A DNA stretch of 64,000 nucleotides, taken from assembly GCF_010365055.1 (NCBI RefSeq), contig NZ_JAAFHA010000008.1, forward strand, positions 2,750-66,749. Reading direction: 5' to 3'. This document shows, piece after piece, positions 39,412 through 51,346 of the stretch; position 1 is the stretch's first letter, and each line of letters opens with the position of its first letter. Origin of the DNA: Rhodoferax sp. (GTDB lineage Bacteria > Pseudomonadota > Gammaproteobacteria > Burkholderiales > Burkholderiaceae_C). The notes under the pieces were generated by a model. That model did not search any database and was not told the DNA's origin. It saw only the letters and a program-made list of their open reading frames with translations. The position numbers and the translations under genes are program-made.

Positions 39412-41130
39412 TCAAGCCCCGAAAAGTCTGACGCGGTTGCCGCCGCTCTCCTTGGCAAGATACATGGCGGCATCGGCGCTGCGCGATAGCGCCAGTTCGT
39501 CACTGCCATGCGCCGGATAAAGGGCCACACCGATGCTGGCCCCAATGCGCAAACTTCGGCCATCAAGGTCAAAGGGCTGACCGAGGGCGTTGCATATTTT
39601 TTCGGCGACCTGCACGGCATCCTGATCCATCTCGACATGGGTCAGCAGCACGACAAACTCGTCACCACCCAGGCGCCCCACCGTATCGGCATTGCGCACA
39701 CAGGCCTGCATCCGTTTCGCAGCGGCACTCAGCAACAAGTCCCCGACATGATGGCCGCAGGTATCGTTGATGTCCTTGAACTCGTCCAAATCAACAAACA
39801 GCAAGGCCATGTGATTCTTGTCGCGTCGCGCTTGCGAGACCGCTTGACGCAGCCGGTCGTCAAACAGTGCGCGGTTGGGCAAACCAGTCAGGCAATCGTG
39901 CTGGGCCAGATGCTCAAGCGCTTGCCGGCTTTCATTCAAATCGCGCATGTTCGCCACGATGATGTTCTGCATGTCGTTCAGACTGCTGGCCAGCAGGCCG
40001 ACCTCATCCTTGCGGTCCGCTGGCAGATCTCTGACCACCTGCTCCTTCGAAAACAGACTCATCGCCCCAGCCATTCTCCGCAAGGGTCTGGTCACGGCGC
40101 GCGAAACCAACGCCGCCAGCAGCGCAGCGAGCACCGCCAGGCCAAGAATCATCTGCACAGTCTTCCAGCCCAATATTGATGTTGCCCGCACGACATTCTC
40201 ATGCGGCTGCGACAGGCCCAGAATAACAAAGTGCTTCTCAATGGAGCCGCCAAATGGAATGCGGACAAAAGCGGCCACCAGGCCACTTGCGGTCTGCTGC
40301 GCTGCTTCAATGGTGGTCACAACACTGGCGCTCTTGCCATTGATCAAGGCCGCCACCGGCTCGAAAACCTCCTGAATGAAGATTCTGCGTCCCTGGTCAA
40401 AACCAAAAGCTTCGGCCGGGTTGGGATGAATCAGATAGTCACCCCAATGGTTGCTCAAGTACAGCTGATAGGCATTTGGCAAATCGGATTTCAAGCGGTC
40501 AAACAAGCCATTCAGATCCAGGTTGATCACAATCAGTCCTCGCACTTTCCCGTTGTCGGCCAGCACGGGTGCGGCCACCCGCACGGTCGGTTTATGCAAG
40601 CCGGCGTGCGCGCCTTCTTCGTGATTGATCGTGATATCCGACAAATAGACCTGCCCACGGCCGAGCTTCAGTGTGTTGAATACATAGGGGTAATGGGCCT
40701 TTTCCTGCAGATCAGCCGCCAGCACGGGCAACAATTTGTCGCGGTCCCGGTCCAAGCGAACCAATTCCCGACCGTGCTGATCGACGCCAATCAGTCGAAC
40801 CTGAAAATACTCAGGATGCACCGCCATCATCGCCGCGAACACATCGGTCAACCGATTTTTGTCATCACCCGCTGCCTCGTTCTCACGGCCACCGACGATC
40901 ACAGCGCTTGCCGGCAGACTGGCCAGCAGCAAGGTGTCCCTGGCAACTGCGTCGATGTTGGCCTGAAAGTTACGTCCCAGCACTTGGGTCGCCGTTAGCA
41001 AGTCGCGTTGCGCCGCCGCCAGCAAAGCGGCACGACCACTGGCGTACGCGTAGTAACCCACAATGCCCATCGCCACCAGACTGAAGCTGGCCAACAGAAG
41101 CCCCAGCTTGAAACCGATGCCGTAGCGCAT
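39412..41130 (-). CDS. Membrane diguanylate cyclase (TM-periplasmic Cache-like-TM-HAMP-GGDEF)
   Basis: [26 protein letters not shown]-site, RLGGDEF, ADAAMY.AK. Confidence 0.9.
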   Translation of the reverse strand: MRYGIGFKLGLLLASFSLVAMGIVGYYAYASGRAALLAAAQRDLLTATQVLGRNFQANIDAVARDTLLLASLPASAVIVGGRENEAAGDDKNRLTDVFAAMMAVHPEYFQVRLIGVDQHGRELVRLDRDRDKLLPVLAADLQEKAHYPYVFNTLKLGRGQVYLSDITINHEEGAHAGLHKPTVRVAAPVLADNGKVRGLIVINLDLNGLFDRLKSDLPNAYQLYLSNHWGDYLIHPNPAEAFGFDQGRRIFIQEVFEPVAALINGKSASVVTTIEAAQQTASGLVAAFVRIPFGGSIEKHFVILGLSQPHENVVRATSILGWKTVQMILGLAVLAALLAALVSRAVTRPLRRMAGAMSLFSKEQVVRDLPADRKDEVGLLASSLNDMQNIIVANMRDLNESRQALEHLAQHDCLTGLPNRALFDDRLRQAVSQARRDKNHMALLFVDLDEFKDINDTCGHHVGDLLLSAAAKRMQACVRNADTVGRLGGDEFVVLLTHVEMDQDAVQVAEKICNALGQPFDLDGRSLRIGASIGVALYPAHGSDELALSRSADAAMYLAKESGGNRVRLFGA

Positions 41131-41133
41131 GGG

Positions 41134-42159
41134 CTAAAACCGTCCTGGCAAATCGCCAGAAATAATGCGTCCCCACAGGGCTGAGCGGCGCTTGTCACCT
41201 TCGACTGGCTCGATCCAGATGATCTTGTCCGCATTCGCCGTTTCGGGGTCAACCTCTATCGTATTGGACAGGCCCTGGCGGCGGGTCAATTCACTGCTCA
41301 CCTTCTTGTCCAGCATGAAGTTGATCCAACTTTCTGCCAGCTTTTTGTTTTTGACGCCACGTGTCAGCGCCCAGCAATCCAACCAGGCCAGCGCGCCCTC
41401 CTGGGGAATGACGTAACCGACATCGGCGCCGGCATCGCGCAGCAGCTTGAGCTGTTGGCGGCCGTAATTGGCAAACAGGAGCGCCGCCGAGTGGTGGCGA
41501 AACAGCTCGACGGACTCTTCCGGCAAGGTGTAAAAAGTCAGCACATTGCGGCGCAAGGCAATCAGGTGATTGACTACGTTTTTGAAATCTTTATCTTCAA
41601 TCTGGAATGGCTTTCCACCCAACACCAGAGAGGCAATCGAAAAGTTGTGGCTGCTGGTGTCAAACGCAAGCACGCGTCCCTTGTATTGCGGGTCCCACAT
41701 CACCGCCAGCGACGTTGGTGCCTGTTTGAACTGCTTGCGATCAAAAATCAGCCCCATTTCGGAATAGGTGTAGGGAACCGCGTAGACCTCACCCAGGCGG
41801 GTAATGCCAGGAATGCTCTGGACCTTGCGAAAGCGGGGCAACTGGTGCGCCGTGTTGGGAATATTGGCGAGCCGCAGCGGCACCACCAGTCGCTCGTCAA
41901 TGTAGTGCTGGATTTCGGCCGTGTTGGCCGCAAACACATCGAAGTCGCCGCCCTGGTTCGCGCTGATCTTTTGCCGCAGCACATCGTCAGAACTGACGAA
42001 GCTCACCTCAACCCGCACGCCCTGTTGTTTCTCAAACACCTTCACCAGATCGACGTCGGCGTAGCCAGGCCACGCCAATACGCGCAAGGTCTCCACCGCC
42101 TGGCCTGGCAAACTCAGCGTCAATGCGACGATGAGCAGCAGCAACAGGCGCAGATTCAT
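41134..42159 (-). CDS. Orphan PotD-like extracellular solute-binding protein
   Basis: Signal peptide, LRVLAWPGYAD, GALAWLDCWAL; no permease adjacent. Confidence 0.85.
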   Translation of the reverse strand: MNLRLLLLLIVALTLSLPGQAVETLRVLAWPGYADVDLVKVFEKQQGVRVEVSFVSSDDVLRQKISANQGGDFDVFAANTAEIQHYIDERLVVPLRLANIPNTAHQLPRFRKVQSIPGITRLGEVYAVPYTYSEMGLIFDRKQFKQAPTSLAVMWDPQYKGRVLAFDTSSHNFSIASLVLGGKPFQIEDKDFKNVVNHLIALRRNVLTFYTLPEESVELFRHHSAALLFANYGRQQLKLLRDAGADVGYVIPQEGALAWLDCWALTRGVKNKKLAESWINFMLDKKVSSELTRRQGLSNTIEVDPETANADKIIWIEPVEGDKRRSALWGRIISGDLPGRF

Positions 42160-42165
42160 GGAATG

Positions 42166-44204
<2,039 letters not shown>

Positions 44205-44212
<8 letters not shown>

Positions 44213-45857
44213 GCAGAAACGCCCCCACAGCCACGGCACTTGTCGGTAACCGTCTGCGATCATGACGATCGGCCACCGGCCACTCAATCAGCAAAAATGC
44301 CAGCAAGGCCAACAGCATCAGCAGGCACGCCAGCACCATGGCCTGATCCAGACTGCTCGCCCCCGGATGACCCAGGCGCTGGTAAATCAAGGTCGTGAGC
44401 GTGGCCCACTCGGGGCGCGACAAAAATAGCGTCACCGCGAACTCACCCAGCGCCGTGGCGGCTGCAAATGCCATGCCCCGGCGCAAGGCGGGGCGCAGCA
44501 GCGGCAGGGTGACACGCCAAAAAGTACGCTGCGGGCTGGCACCCAGCGTGCGGGCAGCGTGCAGCACATGCGGGGGCAGACTGTCCAAACCAGCTGACAA
44601 GGACTTGGCGACAAAGGGGTAGGCCAGCACGGCGTAGGCCGCCAGCAACAGGGGCAAACTGGCCGTCCAGCTCGGGTACAGCAGCAGCAGGCCAAACGCC
44701 ACGGTCACCGGTGACACCACAAACGGCAAAAATGCCGCGGCGCGCCAGGGCACCGAGCGCTCTGCAGCCAGCGCGTGCAGCACACCCAACAGCGTCGCCA
44801 TAGCCAAGGCCAGCGCAGAAAAGCGCAAGGTGTTCCAGAGAGCCGCACGCACCTCTGCATCCAGCACCGTGGCCCAAGTGGCCCAGCCTGCATCCAGCGC
44901 GCGCCAGACGATGGCCAGAACGGGCAGCGCGCAAATCACAAACAGCACCCCAAGCGCCGCCAGCACGGCCAGCCATTGAGCCGTGCCGTGGGGCGCCCTG
45001 CGCGCAATGGGTTCCACGCGACCGGGCGCCGCCAGGCGTTTCTCAAGCAGGGCATAGACCAGCGCCACCGTACCGGTCAGCAGCAACATCCACAGCGCCA
45101 GCACACTGGCTTGACCGAGCTGCAACTCATGCGCCACCAGGGTGTAAATCTCCACCTCGACCGTGGCATAGCGCTGTCCGCCCAGCACCAAGGCCAAGCC
45201 GAAGCCGGCAAAGCAATACAAAAACACCAGGCACAAACTTGACATCAGCCACGGCGCGATCGACGGCCATTCGACCCGCCAAAACGCCCGCCACGGCGTC
45301 GCGCCCAGGGAGCGCGCCGCCGCCACCTGACGGGCATTGACCTGGCCGAGCGCATCGACCCCGGCGCGCACCACCAGACACAGGTTAAAAAACAGATTGC
45401 CGTACAGCAGCAGCCACGGCGTGTTTTGCAGGTTGACGCCGAGCCAGCCACTGAGCACACCACGCGGCCCCCACAGTGCCAACACACCCAGAGCCGCCAC
45501 CAGGGTGGGCACCACAAACGGCAGCATCAACAAGCGCAGCACCAGCGTACGTCCGGCAAACTCAAAACGCGCCAGCACCCAGGCCAGCGGCAGGCCCAAC
45601 GCCAATGCCAGCACGCAGGTGATGCCCGCTTGCGCCAGCGACCAGAGCACGCGCCAGCGCAGGTAATCGTCTTGCCAGGGTGACCAGAGCGACCATGCCT
45701 CGGTGGCGGCCGCACCGGGCAAACTGACATCACCCGCCCACCCGGCCAGCACCAGCCGACCCAGCGGCGCAATCAGCAGCACCAGCAGCGCCGCAGCGGG
45801 CAGTAGCCCGAGCCAGACGCTGCGCCGCAACCAGCCAGGCAAGACGACAGACGACAT
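44205..45857 (-). CDS. Thiamine-type ABC permease (ThiP-like, duplicated)
   Basis: Two EAA loops (AAARSLGA, HAARTLGA). Confidence 0.82.
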
Positions 45858-45868
45858 CGACGGCCGCG

Positions 45869-46891
45869 CTACTTGAGCACCACTTTGGTCCAGCGTGCGA
45901 CCCACCGCGCACCCTTGCCGGCCACCACCTGGGTCGCTGGGGCTTCAAACTCGGTCGGCTCCGCGGCGTGGCGCATCACCTCGGCCAACGGGGTTTTGGC
46001 CTGCGCCGGGTACATCCACATCGCCGTTTGCAGCGCCTCTTGCACGGGGGCAGAGCGCATGAAGTTCACAAACTTCAGCCCGGCGATGCGCTGGCCACCG
46101 CCTTTGACCAGTCCCACACCTTCCACCTGGCGAAAGACACCGCCTTTGAGGTTCAGGCTGGCGGTGGGCGACTCTTGTATTTCTTCTTTGCTGTAAAACA
46201 CCTCGGCGGCCGGGCTGGTGGCGTAGCTGACCACCAGCGGGTAGGCCCCCTTGTTGCGGGCAAAGTCGGTGTAATAGGCCTCGCTCCAGCCCTTGACCAC
46301 CTTGAGGCCGTTGCCACGCATCTGCGCCCACCAGGCAAAGGCGGGCTCTTCGCCCAGAGCGGAAATGGTGGCCAACATGAAGGCGTAGCCGGTACTGCTG
46401 GTGGCGGGGTTGGGTGTGACCAACCAGCCCTTGTAAGCGGGCAGCGTCAAATCCTGCAAAGTTTTTGGCAAACCTATGCCGCTTTTTGCCACAGCCGCTT
46501 TGTCGTAATTCAAGGTCACAAAGCCATAGTCCACGGCTGCCAGCGCAGCACCCAGATTGGCATCGGGTGCGTCTTGCGTCTGGGGCAGCGCAGGCTCCAG
46601 CACGCCGGCAGCCAGCGCCTTGCCCACCAACGTGTTGTCGATGCCAAACACCACGTCGGCGATGGGTCGGGCCCGCGTCAAAATCAGCTTATTGAGCATT
46701 TCACCGGCATCACCTCCCTTGATGATGGCCAGCTTGATGTTGTTTTGCGACTCAAACTGCGCCAACAAGGGCTTGGGCAGTGAAAAAGAGCTGTGCACCA
46801 TCACGCGCAGCTCATCGGCCGCACTGGCGTGAGTCGACACCGAGAAAGCAGCCAACGCGGTGGCGGCCAGAGTGAAAAGACGACGATTCAT
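45869..46891 (-). CDS. thiB: Thiamine ABC substrate-binding protein (ThiB/TbpA)
   Basis: HSSF, GDAGEMLNKL, ADVVFGIDN, VDYG.V.LNYD, WSEAYY, VVSYATSP; directly under a TPP riboswitch. Confidence 0.85.
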   Translation of the reverse strand: MNRRLFTLAATALAAFSVSTHASAADELRVMVHSSFSLPKPLLAQFESQNNIKLAIIKGGDAGEMLNKLILTRARPIADVVFGIDNTLVGKALAAGVLEPALPQTQDAPDANLGAALAAVDYGFVTLNYDKAAVAKSGIGLPKTLQDLTLPAYKGWLVTPNPATSSTGYAFMLATISALGEEPAFAWWAQMRGNGLKVVKGWSEAYYTDFARNKGAYPLVVSYATSPAAEVFYSKEEIQESPTASLNLKGGVFRQVEGVGLVKGGGQRIAGLKFVNFMRSAPVQEALQTAMWMYPAQAKTPLAEVMRHAAEPTEFEAPATQVVAGKGARWVARWTKVVLK

Positions 46892-46945
46892 GGCAAAGCC
46901 TTTCGATGCGCCAACGCACAAAACGCTGGGATGAAGGCAAACCTT

Positions 46946-47030
46946 CACGCTCCCTACGCTGGCATGATCCAGATCAGGTGGGTGGGGTATTTCTCAGCCC
47001 ATATTGCAACGGACACCCCCGGTGAGGTCG
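46946..47030 (-). ncRNA. TPP riboswitch (THI-box)
   Basis: Minus strand reads GGGGTG...GGGCTGAGAAATACCC...ACCTGATCTGGATCATGCCAGCGTAGGGA, upstream of thiB. Confidence 0.95.
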
Positions 47031-47093
47031 CCATTGTAATGATGCAGTTCTGGCTGCACGGACGTGGCGCCTGCAGCCAGCGCGGGTCATGGT

Positions 47094-47630
47094 TCAGCTT
47101 GTCAGTGTCTCAACCGCAAGAATCGCGGCCTGCAGCCGGCTCTCACCCGATCCTGCCACGTCAATGCAGGGGTAGCGCAGCGCGTGAAGCTCATGGCGCA
47201 GCCTGGCGTGAACGGCTGCCCGCACGGGGCCGCCGTCACGCTGCAGACCATCAGACACCCACGGCAAGTCTGGCTGCAAGAACAGCGTCAACGCATAGCG
47301 GGTGTGCAAGGCGTGGGCACACTCAAAAAGCGAGGCGTCTGCAAAATAAAAGTCGCTGTAAATTGCCGTGAGCAGCGGTGCGCCGTCACAAAACACATAG
47401 GCACACCCTGTTTGGCGGGCCCGTGCTACCACTTGCTCCTCTTGCTCGAGCTGCGCACGCATGATCAATACCTGCTCTTCAGCCTTGGGCGTGCGACCCT
47501 GCAAGTCACAAAACGCGCGCAAATGCTCTGGCACCCACAGCCCGGAAAAATGCGCGGCCAGGGCCGGTGCCAGCGTGCTTTTGCCGGTGCACTCCGCACC
47601 GATCAGGCAGATGAGCTGCGGATTGAACAT
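47094..47630 (-). CDS. NadR/Ttd14-type AAA ATPase
   Basis: IGAECTGKSTL, WVPEHLR, FCDGAPL, PDLPWVSDGLQR. Confidence 0.8.
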   Translation of the reverse strand: MFNPQLICLIGAECTGKSTLAPALAAHFSGLWVPEHLRAFCDLQGRTPKAEEQVLIMRAQLEQEEQVVARARQTGCAYVFCDGAPLLTAIYSDFYFADASLFECAHALHTRYALTLFLQPDLPWVSDGLQRDGGPVRAAVHARLRHELHALRYPCIDVAGSGESRLQAAILAVETLTS

Positions 47631-47668
47631 CACATCGCGCGCTAAGTTGGTCTGCCTCATTTATGAAG

Positions 47669-47721
47669 AATCAGGCCAGAGCCCCCGTCCCTTATGCGTA
47701 CTACGCTACTATTAAAATAGC
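47669..47721 (-). repeat. Dispersed 53-bp motif, copy just after the ispH stop
   Basis: GCTAT TTTAATA GTAGCG N19 GGGCTCT GGCCT GATT. Confidence 0.8.
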
Positions 47722-48683
47722 TAACTCAGATCCTCGGCATCGTTCAACCGCAAGCCTTTGGGCAGTGGAAACTTGACGGTCTCCGGCGTGCCCGCCATCG
47801 TGCGCACCGACACCGCGCCCATCGCCTTGATGCGGTCAATTACCTGGCGCACCAGGATATCGGGGGCGGAAGCACCGGCTGTCAAGCCCACGTGTTGCCG
47901 GCCTTCAAACCACTGCGGCTGCAACTCGTCCGGGCCATCCACCATGTGGCTCTCGGTGCCCAGCTTGCGTGCGACTTCACGCAGCCGGCTGCTGTTGGAA
48001 CTGGTCGGGCTGCCCACCACAATCACGACATCAACCAGCGGGCTCATCACTTTGACGGCGTCCTGCCGGTTTTGCGTGGCGTAGCAAATGTCTTGGTGCT
48101 TGGGTTCGCGCACCTTCGGAAACCGTGCCTTGATGGCGGCCGCAATGTCCGCCGCGTCGTCCACACTGAGCGTGGTTTGCGTCACCACCGCCAGCTTGTC
48201 GGTTTGGGCGGGGTTGATGCGCGCCACGTCAAGCACGCTCTCCACCAAATGAATGCCGCCGTCCAACTGGCCCATGGTGCCTTCGACCTCCGGGTGTCCC
48301 TTGTGGCCGATCATGATGAACTCATAGCCCTCTTTATGCAGCTTGGCGACTTCCACATGCACCTTGCTCACCAGCGGGCAGGTGGCATCAAAAACCTGAA
48401 AACCCCGGGCCGCAGCCTCCTGTTGCACGGCCCGGCTCACGCCGTGGGCCGAGAAAATGAGCGTAGCCCCCTTCGGCACGTCGTCCAGCGCTTCAATAAA
48501 GATAGCGCCCTTGGCCTTCAAGTCATTCACCACGTAAGTGTTGTGCACGATTTCATGGCGCACATAAATGGGAGCGCCAAATTTTTGCAGCGCCGTCTCC
48601 ACAATCTCGATGGCCCGGTCCACGCCCGCGCAAAAACCGCGCGGTTCGGCCAGCAGAATCTCTTGAGGTGCGCTGGCGGTCAC
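47721..48683 (-). CDS. ispH: 4-hydroxy-3-methylbut-2-enyl diphosphate reductase
   Basis: PRGFCAGV, HEIVHN, FSAHG, DATCPLV, ICYATQNRQ, SSNS, TAGASAP. Confidence 0.97.
   Translation of the reverse strand: MTASAPQEILLAEPRGFCAGVDRAIEIVETALQKFGAPIYVRHEIVHNTYVVNDLKAKGAIFIEALDDVPKGATLIFSAHGVSRAVQQEAAARGFQVFDATCPLVSKVHVEVAKLHKEGYEFIMIGHKGHPEVEGTMGQLDGGIHLVESVLDVARINPAQTDKLAVVTQTTLSVDDAADIAAAIKARFPKVREPKHQDICYATQNRQDAVKVMSPLVDVVIVVGSPTSSNSSRLREVARKLGTESHMVDGPDELQPQWFEGRQHVGLTAGASAPDILVRQVIDRIKAMGAVSVRTMAGTPETVKFPLPKGLRLNDAEDLS
48454..48506 (-). repeat. Dispersed 53-bp motif, copy inside ispH
   Basis: GCTAT CTTTATT GAAGCG N19 GGGCTAC GCTCA TTTT. Confidence 0.6.
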
Positions 48684-49144
48684 AGAATTCCGATCACATG
48701 GACCTCAAAGGTCACGGCACGACCGGCCAGCGGGTGGTTGAAGTCAAACAACACGGCGTCACCCTTCTCATCGCTTCTGAAGTCTTGCACCGAGCCGGCA
48801 AACTTGCCTTTGCCGTCGGGCGTGGGAAAGTGCAGCACATCACCCACCGCATACTCTTCGTCGGGCTCGCCCATGTCGATCAGTTCCTGGCGCGCCAGCC
48901 ATTGCAGCATGGCCGGGTTGTGCGGGCCAAAGGCGGTACCGGCCGGCAACTCAAAGGTCGTGTGCGTGCCCTCGGCCAGGCCCAGCAAATAAGCCTCCAG
49001 CGTGGGGGACAACTCGCCGGTGCCCAGCGTCAGCGTGGCGGGTTTGCCGTCAAAGGTGTTGATCACATCACCGACCGGTCCGGCCATGCGGTAATGCAGC
49101 GTGAGGAAAGAACCCGGTTGAACCGTGGCGAGTGTCGATGTCAT
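48680..49144 (-). CDS. fkpB: FKBP-type peptidyl-prolyl isomerase (SlpA/FkpB)
   Basis: LTLHYR, AFG, VLFDFNHPLAG...FEV; coupled to ispH. Confidence 0.88.
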   Translation of the reverse strand: MTSTLATVQPGSFLTLHYRMAGPVGDVINTFDGKPATLTLGTGELSPTLEAYLLGLAEGTHTTFELPAGTAFGPHNPAMLQWLARQELIDMGEPDEEYAVGDVLHFPTPDGKGKFAGSVQDFRSDEKGDAVLFDFNHPLAGRAVTFEVHVIGIL

Positions 49145-49354
49145 ATCTAATTCCTGGTTTCAGTCTGGACAAGCCCACGAAGCCACATGCTCAAAGGATG
49201 CGGCGTTGGGCGAATAAACTGCAGCGATTGTAAAAGCCTTCGTCAGGGCACAAACCAAGCCATGCGATTGACCGCACCCCAAACGCCAATTGGCGCCAAA
49301 GACGCCAGGCACCGCGTCAAGCATCATGCCGCAGGCGTCAATGACGCGTCAACG

Positions 49355-51277
49355 CTACGACACCCAGCATCTTGATTTGCCGGCGCGCTTGGCCTCGTAC
49401 ATGGCCGTATCGGCGATATTGATCAACTGGTCTGGCGACATATCCGCGCCGGGCAGGTGCAACGCAATCCCGATGCTTGCGCTGACCTGGACCGATGCCC
49501 TGCCAATCTGGACGGGCATGGCGATGCTCAGCAACAGTTTTTCAGCGACCGCAACGGCGTCCTCACGCAGGCCGCTCAGGTTTTCCAACAACACGGTAAA
49601 TTCATCTCCTCCCAGCCTGGCGGCTGCGTCGGTTTCACGCAAGCCGGCAGACAGTCTGCGGGCCATCTCCTGCAGCAGGCTGTCTCCGGCTTCATGCCCC
49701 CAGGTGTCATTGACCGCTTTAAAACCATCGAGATCGATAAACAACAAGGCAAGCCCGGTGCGGCTCCGATTGGAGCGGGCCATGGCCTGCGGCAGCCGTT
49801 CGAACAAGGCGCGGCGGTTGGGCAACCCGGTCAGCGCATCCTGCCTGGCCTCTATCTCCCGGGCCTCTTCGTGGCGTTTGCGCGCGGTGATGTCATGCAA
49901 AAAAATACTGAAGACTTTTTGCCCTTGCAGGTCGAGCGCCCGAACGCGCACCTCCACGGGCAGCGTGCTGCCATCCCGGCGAATGGCTTGAAGTTCCAGC
50001 CTGCGGTTGAGCATCGTGGATTCGCCTGAGCCCAGGTAGCGTTTCATTCCCGCACGATGTGCTGCCCGCAAGTTTGGGGGCACGATCAATTCTTCCAGGC
50101 GGCGCCCAATCGCCTCTTCGGCGCTCCAGCCAAAGGTTTCCTGGGCCTGACGGTTCCAGTCACTCACGACGCCAGCTTGGTCCATGCAGACATAAGCGTC
50201 GTTGGCGTTCTCGATCACTGCGCTCAGCTCGGCCTCGCGTTTGACCAAAGCCTGCTGATAGCTGAGCTGTTGCGCCATGCTGCGAGACAGCATGGCGTTG
50301 GTCGTGCGCAGTTCACGGGTGCGCTCGTCAACGCGCTGTTCCAAGTCACGCCGCAAGGCGGCCAGCGAAGCTTCGGCCTCCTTGCGTGCCTGAATATCCT
50401 GAATGAAAGAAATGAAGTAGTCCAGCCCCCCATCGGCATCGACCTTCTTGGTCACGCTGAGGTTGATCCACACCTCCTCACCGGTCTTGCGCACATAGCG
50501 CTTTTCAAGCTGGTAATGGCCGATTTCATCCGACACCAACTGCTGCAACAAGCTCAGATCGGACTCCAGGTCATCCGGGTGGGTGATGTCCTGAAACGTG
50601 AGCTTGGCCAATTCCTCCTGGCTGTAGCCCACAATCTCGCACAGTGCTTCGTTAACGCTGGTCCACCGGCCATTGGGTGCCACGATCGCGATACCGAGCC
50701 CGGCGCGCTCGAAGATGGATCGAAAACGCGCTTCGCTCTCTTCAATCACGGTCTTCACATGATTCACATGCTGGCGCGCCAAAAAAACGGCCTCGCGTTG
50801 CTGAATCTCCTTGCTGACCAAATTGGCCAGATCCATGAGCGTGTCGAGCTCATCCTGCATCAGAACTCGCGGCTGCGAATCGATGGCGCACAGCGTGCCC
50901 AAAGCGATGCCGCCCGTACTCACAATCGGTGCACCGGCATAAAAGCGGATGCTCGGATCGCCCGTGACGAGTGGGTTGTCAGTGAAACGATCATCCATCG
51001 TCGCATCCCCGACGACCATCGAACTTTTCTGCAAAATAGTGTGCGCGCAGAAGGCAAATTCACGCGGGGTTTCGAGCAAGTTCAAGCCAACCCGCGACTT
51101 GAACCATTGGCGGTCAGAGTCCACCAGAGACACGAGCGCAATCGGTACGCGCAGGGTGCGTGCCACCAGCCGGGTGATGCGGTCAAAAGAGGGCTCGGCC
51201 GGCGTGTCCAACAAATCCAGGGCATGCAGGAGAGAAACTCGCTCAGCTTCATTGGAAGGAAGTGCTGCTGAAGCCAT
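49355..51277 (-). CDS. GAF-PAS-PAS-GGDEF diguanylate cyclase
   Basis: GAF (PSFDRITRL, FCAHTI, GTLCAID), PAS (ITHPDD), DALTGLPNR, RLGGDEF. Confidence 0.92.
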   Translation of the reverse strand: MASAALPSNEAERVSLLHALDLLDTPAEPSFDRITRLVARTLRVPIALVSLVDSDRQWFKSRVGLNLLETPREFAFCAHTILQKSSMVVGDATMDDRFTDNPLVTGDPSIRFYAGAPIVSTGGIALGTLCAIDSQPRVLMQDELDTLMDLANLVSKEIQQREAVFLARQHVNHVKTVIEESEARFRSIFERAGLGIAIVAPNGRWTSVNEALCEIVGYSQEELAKLTFQDITHPDDLESDLSLLQQLVSDEIGHYQLEKRYVRKTGEEVWINLSVTKKVDADGGLDYFISFIQDIQARKEAEASLAALRRDLEQRVDERTRELRTTNAMLSRSMAQQLSYQQALVKREAELSAVIENANDAYVCMDQAGVVSDWNRQAQETFGWSAEEAIGRRLEELIVPPNLRAAHRAGMKRYLGSGESTMLNRRLELQAIRRDGSTLPVEVRVRALDLQGQKVFSIFLHDITARKRHEEAREIEARQDALTGLPNRRALFERLPQAMARSNRSRTGLALLFIDLDGFKAVNDTWGHEAGDSLLQEMARRLSAGLRETDAAARLGGDEFTVLLENLSGLREDAVAVAEKLLLSIAMPVQIGRASVQVSASIGIALHLPGADMSPDQLINIADTAMYEAKRAGKSRCWVS

Positions 51278-51346
51278 AAGTTACCTTTGGAATATTTCTT
51301 GAAATCTCAGGTGACCTGCGCATTCTTGGTGCATGGCACGGGTCAT

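Noticed and set aside
49301-49340. Possible degraded radC N-terminus (DARHRVKHHAAG versus DARPREKLLARG)
   Set aside because: Only about 12 residues with partial identity; cannot be told from chance without an alignment.
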